A stretch of DNA of 55,500 nucleotides, the filler included, from Malassezia furfur (taxonomy: Eukaryota), in NCBI GenBank assembly GCA_052055015.1. It is 2 parts of 2 records of this genome, joined end to end, with 100 filler letters (N's around TTAATTAATTAA, not from the genome) between each part and the next. Parts side by side here need not be neighbours in the genome. Positions count along the whole stretch, not along the records: positions 27,846 to 55,500 come from JBQJIT010000115.1; 1 more part is not named here. One strand, 5' to 3'. A program made the position numbers and the translations under genes. Below the pieces are notes generated by a model. It was not told the DNA's origin. It ran no database searches and was given only the letters and a program-made list of their open reading frames with translations. The number at the start of each line of letters is the position of its first letter. Within the stretch, counting starts at the first letter, position 1. This document shows positions 43,901 to 51,788 of this stretch, in pieces.

Positions 43901-45997
43901 CTAGGGCGAGGTGTAGAGCGCCGGCTTGGCGGCAATGTCCACGTCCCCGTACGGTTTCTCTTGGTCGAGGCGCACGCAGTTCTTCGTGCCGAGCACGAGC
44001 ATCTCGAAAAAGAAACCTGCGGCCGCGCGCCGACTCGCGCTGTGCGCGAGCGTTTGGAAGGTGGTGCGCTCGTCGTGCATGGTGCTCTTGAGCACGTGCA
44101 TCGCCTGCAGCGTGCTCGCATCCCAGTGGGCGAGCGACGCATCCCGTGGCTGTTCGCGCGCGCGCGTCTCGAACGCGGCGAGCGGCGCATCCTCCGCAAC
44201 CGGCGTGGGGTGCCACGCGCGCTCCTCGGCCTCGGGCGTGCCAAGGCGCACCTCGGGCAGATGGCCCGTCCGCGTCGGCGACGGCGCACGGCGGCGTGAC
44301 GAGCGGCGCAGCGCGTGCGGCTCATCCTCTTGCATCGGCTCGGGCTGCGCCGGCGCCGCAGACGGCACGTCGCGGCTCGTGTCCGCGGCAGGAAGCGGCG
44401 GCAGCTCCGGCACATCGTTCATCGAAAAGTCGGCAGGCGGCAGGCTCTTGTCGATGCTCGCGTCGGGACCGAGTGAGGCGGCCGTCGCGTTGCTCACGTC
44501 CGCAAAACGCACGTCCTCGGTAAGCCACGGCGCATCGGACGCACGGCGCCCGACCTCGTGTGGGAACTCGTCCTCGTCGCGGTTCAAGCGCACGGCTTCG
44601 TCGTGGACGTCGCGCAGCCACTGCTGCCGGTCGTAGTGCGGCGGCGCATGCTGCTTGCGGGCGTCGAGGCGCATTGCCTGTGCGATCGACGGCGCATACT
44701 CGGCGTACACGGCGCCCCACATCATCGACATCATGCGCTGCGCGTCGCGCGCCAGGTCCTTGGGGCCGAGGAACAGAGCGAGCTGCGTACGCGACGCCGG
44801 AAGACACCGCAGCTCATGCGGCGACGTGGTCATCGTCGCGGCCGCCGAGCGCAGCTGCAGCATATGCGAGCGGCCCAAGTCCGTGACCGAGTCTTGGAGC
44901 GGACGCTTGCGCTGCCCCTTGGTCGCAGCGTCGGCGCGGGCCAAAGCGGCGCTCCGCAGCTTTGCGGCGGTGCGTGGTGTAAGCGGCGCTTCGGTGCGTG
45001 CGCCGATCGCCTCCTCCAGCGACACGTCGGGCACGGGCGTTGCGGCACGCGGCGGCTCGGTGGGGCGCGGGGGCGTGGCTGCGTTAGCACCAAGGCACGT
45101 ACAGGTATGGGTAGGCAACTCGATCGCGTCCATCGAGAAGTCCATTGACAGGTCGACATCGCCCAGCAGCGAGCGTACATGCTCGGCGGCCGACGTGGGC
45201 GCAAGGGACGCGTCACGGCCCACACCGACGCTTGCGTAGGAGTCGTCGGCATCGGTCGGCGCAACGGACGCGTCACCCACGCTCGTATCCGCGCGACTCG
45301 TGTCCGCCGGACCCGTCTCGGCCCGGCGTGCGTCGCTCGCCGTGGACCGCCGCGACGAACTGCCACGCGGACGCCATTCGCGGGGGCGCTTGGTCGGCGG
45401 ACGCGCCGCTGTGGCATCGTCCTCAATGCCGAGGTCAAACTGCGTCGAGGTATCCAGGTCGGCGAGCGCTCCGCCGAGGAGCGAGTCGGGCTCGTAGGAG
45501 GGTATATCCACGTCCATCGACGCGAGCTGCGTGTCAGGCAGCGTAATGTCGGCCGGCCGCGCCGAGTGCCGTGCGTGGGCCGCCGTGGATGCCGCGGATG
45601 ACGCGTACGCGGGCTCGGGCATCAGCAGGTCGGCGACGCTAAGCGTGTCGGGGAGCGTAATCGCGGCGCGCGATAGGTTTTGCTGGTCGTGCGAGAGGTC
45701 GATGATGGCGTTTGCGCCACGGAACGCGACCTGGATGCGGAGCAGGGCATCATTGCAGTCGTCCTCGAGGTACTTGGCCTTGCGCGAGTAGATCCGCACG
45801 ATGCCCAGCAGCAGTTGCCCACTGAGGCGCAGCGCAACCGGCGTGTTGTCGTCGCCCTCTCCGACGATCGTCTCAACACTCGCCGGGATATCGGTCTGAA
45901 GGAATTGCGCCTTGTTGAGTTTCCGCTCCCAATGTGCCGCGAGCCAGACCCGTGCAAGCGGGCCTTGCTGCGTGAGCAGGACCTCGTTGGGGAGCAT
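43901..45997 (-). CDS. RAD21: Cohesin kleisin Rad21/Scc1; 2 exons
   Basis: N-terminal GPLARVWLAAHWERKL..ALRLSGQLLLGIVRIYSRKAKYL and C-terminal AAGFFFEMLVL..QEKPYGDV. An in-frame 24-nt intron lies at 45079-45102. Confidence 0.95.
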   Translation of the reverse strand: MLPNEVLLTQQGPLARVWLAAHWERKLNKAQFLQTDIPASVETIVGEGDDNTPVALRLSGQLLLGIVRIYSRKAKYLEDDCNDALLRIQVAFRGANAIIDLSHDQQNLSRAAITLPDTLSVADLLMPEPAYASSAASTAAHARHSARPADITLPDTQLASMDVDIPSYEPDSLLGGALADLDTSTQFDLGIEDDATAARPPTKRPREWRPRGSSSRRSTASDARRAETGPADTSRADTSVGDASVAPTDADDSYASVGVGRDASLAPTSAAEHVRSLLGDVDLSMDFSMDAIELPTHTCTCLGANAATPPRPTEPPRAATPVPDVSLEEAIGARTEAPLTPRTAAKLRSAALARADAATKGQRKRPLQDSVTDLGRSHMLQLRSAAATMTTSPHELRCLPASRTQLALFLGPKDLARDAQRMMSMMWGAVYAEYAPSIAQAMRLDARKQHAPPHYDRQQWLRDVHDEAVRLNRDEDEFPHEVGRRASDAPWLTEDVRFADVSNATAASLGPDASIDKSLPPADFSMNDVPELPPLPAADTSRDVPSAAPAQPEPMQEDEPHALRRSSRRRAPSPTRTGHLPEVRLGTPEAEERAWHPTPVAEDAPLAAFETRAREQPRDASLAHWDASTLQAMHVLKSTMHDERTTFQTLAHSASRRAAAGFFFEMLVLGTKNCVRLDQEKPYGDVDIAAKPALYTSP

Positions 45998-46093
45998 CGT
46001 GGTGACCCGCGCGGAAGACGCGTCGCGCGCGCACACGCGCGCACCGCGTCGCGTTGCCATGTGTCACGTGATATTACGTACCTATGGAAAAGC

Positions 46094-46588
46094 GGTCCTC
46101 GGTCCAAGAGTAGTCTCGCGTCGAGTTGCCCCTGTCGAGGCGCCACGGATTGCACTCAAGCTCGGCAGCACCGAGCGACCTCTGGCCGAACCGAGGCGAT
46201 GCGTGGCACAACCAAGTAAACCGTAGGGAAAAGCACGTAGCGCCGCCATCGGCGGCCGGCATCGAGCAGACCCGATTCCAGTCTCGTGCCGCCTAAACCC
46301 CGTGTGTCTCCGAGCGGCTAGGCCGGGGAAAGCGCCACGGGCACGGCACGAGCGTCATTTCTGATGCGGGACAGCTCGGGGCCTTAGGCACCCCGCCCAG
46401 CAGGAGCTGTAGCCGACCGCCGACGCGCGCGCAACACCACCGGGCGCTCGCCTACGACTTGGTCGCGCCGCGCACCGACCGGCTCCCGCACACTTCGGGA
46501 TAGACCAGAGGCGTACGCGGACCTTCCCACTCGCAGAGCTGCTTACGCAGCGTGGTGGCGAGTACCAGTGGCCTTTGGACCGAAGACC
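46094..46588 (-). ncRNA. RPR1: Nuclear RNase P RNA
   Basis: A 14-bp P1 (GGTCTTCGGTCCAA/TTGGACCGAGGACC) encloses CR-I GGGAAGGTCCGCGT, CR-II CAGAAA, CR-III TGGAA, CR-IV TTGAGTGCAATC and CR-V ACTCGACGCGAGACTAC in the correct order. P2, P3, P4, P7, P12, P15 and P19 helices can be drawn. Confidence 0.9.
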
Positions 46589-46675
46589 TCGCCCAGGGAC
46601 CACATGGATCGCCTGGGCAAGGAACGAGCGCCGCCGCCGCGCGCGGTTGGGATCACGTGGATGTACGCTACGAAA

Positions 46676-48952
46676 TTACTCATCATGGTCTTCAATGCCG
46701 GTAGCTTCAAAGTAGGAGGGGGGCAGCTCGAACGCGTCGCCGCCATCGTCGTCGAATGCATTGGCTAGGATATCCATCGTCCACGCCTGTTCCTGCTCGG
46801 CCGTGAGTGGGCCTGCATCGTGGATGCTCGTGTCTGCACTGGCGGTGCCTTCGTGGCCTGACGGCTGCGGCATCGTCGGCTCTCGCGATGCCAGCGACAC
46901 CGTCGATGCACCGGGGTTCTCGCGGTACGGTAGCGGCGGCGGCGACGCAGCATCGTACGGATTCAGTAGCGTTTCCGAGGTAGGCATAGACGCATGGCTG
47001 GGCGTGCTCGACGTCGGCGACATGAGCGGCGCCCCGGTCGGCGGAGTCGGTGGCACCGCGCGCGGCGGGGTTGATGGCCGCGACGCAGTGGCTCCGGGCT
47101 CGGCGTTCGCCAGATGCATCCTCCCGATGCCTGCGACGCCGGCCGCGAGCGGATCAAGGGCTGTCGGCGCAACAGTTCGAGGCGGCAGCGCTGCAGTGCG
47201 GTGCAGCGACGACATCGACGGCTGCCGTGACGATTGCAGCGAGCGCAGTGGCGCGAACGACGACACGGCTGCAGCCGTCGACGGCGACATAGTGTGTGCC
47301 GTGTCGGTACTGGCGATGCTCGCCGCATCAAAGGGCCGGCGAGCCGCGGCACCTGTCGCGACGCGCCCAGCGGCACCGGGAGCCTGGCGTGCCGGACGCG
47401 CCATGGATTGGCTGCGTGCGAGCTCGCGCGCCTGGACGAGGCGCGGAGGCGCACAGTACAGGCCAATTGGGATCGTGCAGAGGGTATGGGCGGTGGGGGT
47501 GTTGAGGGGCTTGACTTGCACAAAGTACTCGAGCCCCAGCAGCTGGGTGTCGAACGACGGGCTGCACCAGCTCGGGAATTGGATCCAGCCGAACCACTGC
47601 TGCATCCCACTTTTGGTGGCCGGTGACGCAAGCACCTTAGCATGCGATATGTACTGGGTATGAGCAGCCGAGGAGCGGGCGCGCAGGTGCACCTTTTGCA
47701 CGAGGTACACTTCGGGATGTACCACGAGCGGCATGCCCGCGCTGTGCACGAGCGTCAGCACGAACGGGATGGTGGAGCGCAGCGGAAATACGGCCAACGG
47801 CTTTCCGGGAAGTGAGATGGCCCACCGCTCTTCCTTGGGCTTGTTCACGCCAAAGAGCTTTTCGACGAAGGACCGCTTGGTATTTTGCCCCAGGGACGCC
47901 TGGTTCAGCGGGAAGTACTCCGTGAGCCAGCGGTTCGCTGGTTCCGCAAGGTCCTTGGGAAGCACCACGGGGCCATGGATCGTGTGAACCATGCGCTGGA
48001 TCTGCATCGAGAGCGCCTGGCGCTGGATAATGGTGCTGCTGATCTTGTCGGGCGGCGGTGGCAGGTAGATGAACGGCACAAGCAGGCGGTCGTTCGAGCG
48101 GAAGAAACCGGGGCGCCCAACGGTCACCTTGATGTACCATTTGACACTTGCCCACTCCTCTGTCGCGCCCTTGTGCCGCTTGTCGCTTTCCAGCACATAA
48201 CTCGAGGGGTAGTTGGCACCGACGCCAGGGAAGCCGAGTGGGAGCGTGTTCTTGCCTGTGCCTGACTCAGGAATGTCAAACTTGAACTTCCACTCGTAGA
48301 TCCCCGCATGCTCGAGCTTGCCCGAGGTATTGGGCTTCGGTGCATCTTGCTCTGTGGCCCGGAAAAGCGCGTCGGTTGCCTTGAGCCGGTCATCGATGCT
48401 GAGCAGGACCTGTTCGCGTGAGGAGGTCGACGTCTCGGACGGCGTGAGACCCGAGAACGTCGGCATATCGCCGTCGGTCGCCTGCGAAGCCTTGGGCACC
48501 TGCACCGACACGACCGCCTTCAGCTTGACGCGCACTTCGTTCGCGCGGTCCTTATCCGAGCAGTGCAGAATAATACGGCCAACAATCGAGCCACGCCCAC
48601 GCGCCTTGGAACCACCCATGTACGTCGGCAGCGCCTGCGGTGGGGTTTGCAGCTGGACGAGAAGCTTACCCGTCGCGCCCGCGTACGTATGCACCGTCTT
48701 GAGCTCCGGCGCAGGGCCCGCGCGGGCGCCGCGGTTCACGGGCACCGTCGGGTACGCGGCGGAGATGATGGCCGGCGCGGCCGTGCTGCGCGTGTCGGTT
48801 GAGCCCGAGGAGTAGATCGACGCGGCGCGCACCGACGCCGCGTCGCTTGCCGGGCGTTTGGCGTTGGATGCTAGGGTCTGGCTCATGGGCATAGATAGCA
48901 CGGCAGTGGCGGTGGGCGATGACTGCACGAGTCTCTGGTCGTTGTATGACAT
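46676..48952 (-). CDS. Alpha-arrestin-like ubiquitin ligase adaptor
   Basis: Arrestin-N-like strands (YEWKFKFDIP, YPSSY, SVKWYIKVTVGRPGFFRSNDRLLVPFIYLP) and a C-terminal PY motif (LPPSY). Confidence 0.75.
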   Translation of the reverse strand: MSYNDQRLVQSSPTATAVLSMPMSQTLASNAKRPASDAASVRAASIYSSGSTDTRSTAAPAIISAAYPTVPVNRGARAGPAPELKTVHTYAGATGKLLVQLQTPPQALPTYMGGSKARGRGSIVGRIILHCSDKDRANEVRVKLKAVVSVQVPKASQATDGDMPTFSGLTPSETSTSSREQVLLSIDDRLKATDALFRATEQDAPKPNTSGKLEHAGIYEWKFKFDIPESGTGKNTLPLGFPGVGANYPSSYVLESDKRHKGATEEWASVKWYIKVTVGRPGFFRSNDRLLVPFIYLPPPPDKISSTIIQRQALSMQIQRMVHTIHGPVVLPKDLAEPANRWLTEYFPLNQASLGQNTKRSFVEKLFGVNKPKEERWAISLPGKPLAVFPLRSTIPFVLTLVHSAGMPLVVHPEVYLVQKVHLRARSSAAHTQYISHAKVLASPATKSGMQQWFGWIQFPSWCSPSFDTQLLGLEYFVQVKPLNTPTAHTLCTIPIGLYCAPPRLVQARELARSQSMARPARQAPGAAGRVATGAAARRPFDAASIASTDTAHTMSPSTAAAVSSFAPLRSLQSSRQPSMSSLHRTAALPPRTVAPTALDPLAAGVAGIGRMHLANAEPGATASRPSTPPRAVPPTPPTGAPLMSPTSSTPSHASMPTSETLLNPYDAASPPPLPYRENPGASTVSLASREPTMPQPSGHEGTASADTSIHDAGPLTAEQEQAWTMDILANAFDDDGGDAFELPPSYFEATGIEDHDE

Positions 48953-49245
48953 GGTCCCACCTACGCAGCCATGCCCCGCTGTGCGTGCGCTGCGAAGCTT
49001 TGCAAGTCGCGACGAAGCACTGCAAAGCGCCCACGCCCAGCGCGCCTCGGCGCCGGAACTCCACGTCGGCCGAGCGTAACGCGCACGGTGCGGTTGCAAG
49101 GGTCACATGGATGAGTCGGCCTTGCGTCTCCATGGGAAAGGCTGCCAAGACGGGCAGGGGATTCTGTAGGGGGCGCGACATAGCTAGGTAGGCTTGTGTC
49201 GGGGCATGGACGCTGCGCCGCGGCGCTGCGTCTTGCCTTGTAACC

Positions 49246-50270
49246 ATGTTCAGTGGAGGCCTCCGACGAGTGCTGGGGGACGCAACGCGGTGTGCGCGCG
49301 CTGGCGGCGTGCTCACCGGCGGTGTGCGCACGTTTACGCGGAGTGCACCGCAGCAAGAGACCGTGCAGCTTGACTACGAACTGCAGGAGCCGCCGTCGAC
49401 GGATCGTGACGTGGCACAGCACACGGACGGCGTTGTGGTATGCCATGGCCTATAGTGCGTTGCCGAAGCTCACGCAGCGGCTCGAAGCAAAACTGGCGCT
49501 CGCTTGCCAAAAATATGGCCAAGGACTTTGGTGTACCTGTCTACACGCTGGTAGGTCCTGCGAATGCTCATGTCAGGACCTGCGCAACCACGGCTCGTCA
49601 CCGCACGCCGGGACCATGTCGTATACCGACATGGCAGCCGATGTGAAGCGCTTCTTTTCGGACCACAAGCTAACGCACCACACGCTCATTGGCCATTCGC
49701 TCGGCGGCAAGGTTGCGATGGCCATGGCGCTCGACCCGTCGCTGCCGAGCGGCACGCTATCGCACCTCGTGAGTGTGGACATGTCGCCTGCCGAGGGTCC
49801 CATCTCGCCGGAGTTCATGGTGGGTCGCGCGACTGATGCAGCGGTACGCCCACACGATGCTCGAGATTGAGCAAGCCAATGTCAAGCAGCGCAGCGAGGC
49901 CGACGAGATCCTTCAAAAAGTCGAGCCGAACCTGGGTGTGCGCCAATTCCTGCTGACGAATCTGGAGCGCGGCGAGAACGGCTTGCGCTTCCGCATTCCC
50001 GTACAGACGATGATCGACAGTCTCGAGGGCATTGGCCTGTTCCCGTACGCACCCGGAAAGGATGGAGCGCCGCCGGAGCGACAGTGGAAGGGCCCGACGC
50101 TGTTTGTCAAAGGCGCGCACAGCAAGTACATCAACAAGCACAATGTGCCGGTGTGCGAAGGCTTTTTCCCGGACATGGAGCTCGCCGAGCTGCCGACGGG
50201 CCACTGGGTGCAATCCGAATCGCCGCGCGCGTTCTTAGAGTGTGTGCGTGAATTCCTGCTGGAACACTAA
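49246..50270 (+). CDS. Mitochondrial alpha/beta hydrolase, ABHD11/Imo32/Eat1-like; 4 exons
   Basis: Motifs CHGLY|GSKQNW, DLRNHGSSPH, GHSLGGK, VRQFLLTNL and GHWVQSE. Introns at 49455-49477, 49551-49576 and 49820-49841. Confidence 0.9.
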
Positions 50271-50271
50271 G

Positions 50272-50805
50272 CTACTTGTATTTGGCCAGGTAGACCCCCT
50301 TGGTTTCGTAGCCGCACTTGGTGTAGAACGGCACGTTGTCGTCGCTGCAGTCGAGCAGCGTTTTGTATGCGCCTGCATTCTCGCTGAGCGTGGTGAGTGC
50401 CTCGATGAGCACCTTGCCGAGACCCTTGCCTTGCATGCTTTTGTCGACGGCGATGTCCTCAATGTGCGCGGCCGTCGCGAGGTTGCGCAGGAACTTGGGC
50501 TCGAGGAACACGGTGCCGGTCGCGACGAGCTCGTCGGTCTGCTTGGAAACGATCACCACGACAAAGTACTTGGTCGCTGAGGCATTCGAGCGCGCGAGCT
50601 CGGCAAAACGTGCCTTCCACGGCGCCTCACCCGGGTCCTGCACGCTCGTGAGCGACGCCAGGACGCGGATGTGGCCGCGTGCGTAGTCCGACGAGGCGAG
50701 CGGGCGGATGTGCAGGTCGTGCTTTGCGAGCTTTTCGTTCAGCGACGCGGGTAGCAGCGCGGCATCGAACGCGAGCTCGAGCGCGGCGTCCTCGGTGAAT
50801 GGCAT
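50272..50805 (-). CDS. GNA1: Glucosamine-6-phosphate N-acetyltransferase
   Basis: Motifs IRPLASSDY, EPKFLR, HIEDIAVDKSMQGKGLG and YKTLLDCSDDNVPFYTKCG. The true start is MPFTED; the rest of ORF 50272..51711 is an antisense shadow. Confidence 0.95.
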   Translation of the reverse strand: MPFTEDAALELAFDAALLPASLNEKLAKHDLHIRPLASSDYARGHIRVLASLTSVQDPGEAPWKARFAELARSNASATKYFVVVIVSKQTDELVATGTVFLEPKFLRNLATAAHIEDIAVDKSMQGKGLGKVLIEALTTLSENAGAYKTLLDCSDDNVPFYTKCGYETKGVYLAKYK

Positions 50806-50857
50806 GGCCGGGGAAAAAGCACGTGCGCGCATGGACCGCCGGTTCCATAGCCCCAGC

Positions 50858-51766
50858 ATGTTGCGTGCCGGACGTGGATGGATGTGGAATGCCGTGCGTG
50901 TGCCGCACGGCCCTGTGCGTACTATGTGGCGTGCCTCGCGCTTCGCGGTGCCGCTCGTTGGCGCGTTTGCCGCTGCGGGCGCGGTGGCGCTGACCGCGAC
51001 GAGGCCCGTGCACCTCGATGCGGGGTCAGCGCCGGTGGTGCCGGTGATGCCGGTGGTGCCCGCGACCCCCCCGGTGCGCACCGTTGTGGATCCCGCTACG
51101 AAGCAGGCGCTGCCTGTTGAGATCGAAGCCGATGTCGATGGCAAGCCCCGTACGCTGCGGCTCGTGGGCCTCGGTGTACGGACGGTGACGTTTTTGCGGA
51201 TGTATGTGTATGTGGCGGGCGTGTATGTGGACGCGAGCGTGGCTGGTAGCCAGCTGGGTATGATGGGCGCGGGCGACCAGGACCTAGAGCGCGTGTTTTC
51301 GCGGTGGATGGAGCGTGGCGTGCCGGTGGCCGTGCGCATCATGCCTGTGCGCAACACCGACTTTGCCCACCTGCGCGACGGCCTCGTGCGGGCGGTGAAC
51401 AACCGCGCCAAGGACGCGCGGGTGCCCGACGGTGCGTACACGCTGAGCGACGAGGCCGAGACGTGTCTGTCGCACAACGTGCGCGACCTGAAGCGTCTCT
51501 TCCCCCGGCACTCGGTGCCCAAGGGCCACGTGCTGGACCTGGTCGTGTGGCGGCGCGGGGCGGGTGTGGGGCCGTACCACCTGTCGCTCGCGTACGACGG
51601 CCAAGTGCTGGGTGCCGTGTCCAGCGAGGTGCCGGACCAGACGAACGGCGTGCCCACCTTTGCGCTGCCCGTGCAGCTCGTCCTGGCGTACGTCGGCGCG
51701 CGCCCCGACATCAGCGGGGCGCTGCGTGCGTCGGTGGCCCATGCGCTGCAAGAGGGTCTGCCGTAG
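50858..51766 (+). CDS. Chalcone-isomerase-fold mitochondrial protein (Aim18/Aim46-like)
   Basis: Motifs LVGLGVRTVTFLRMYVYVAGVY and VRIMPVRNTDFAHLRDGLVRA, after an Arg-rich presequence-like N-terminus. Confidence 0.88.
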   Translation: MLRAGRGWMWNAVRVPHGPVRTMWRASRFAVPLVGAFAAAGAVALTATRPVHLDAGSAPVVPVMPVVPATPPVRTVVDPATKQALPVEIEADVDGKPRTLRLVGLGVRTVTFLRMYVYVAGVYVDASVAGSQLGMMGAGDQDLERVFSRWMERGVPVAVRIMPVRNTDFAHLRDGLVRAVNNRAKDARVPDGAYTLSDEAETCLSHNVRDLKRLFPRHSVPKGHVLDLVVWRRGAGVGPYHLSLAYDGQVLGAVSSEVPDQTNGVPTFALPVQLVLAYVGARPDISGALRASVAHALQEGLP

Positions 51767-51788
51767 AACGAAGCGCGACACTATGTAG

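Noticed and set aside
46290..46302. CCTAAACCCC as a telomerase RNA template
   Set aside because: It falls inside the P12 region of the minus-strand RNase P fold, which explains the whole interval better.
1735..49841. Apparent frameshifts or pseudogenes in split ORFs (TRAX, TMEM184, QCR7, HEM14, SCAP, hydrolase)
   Set aside because: Every break is resolved by a GT-AG intron with a branch-point-like motif, so programmed frameshifting or decay is not needed.
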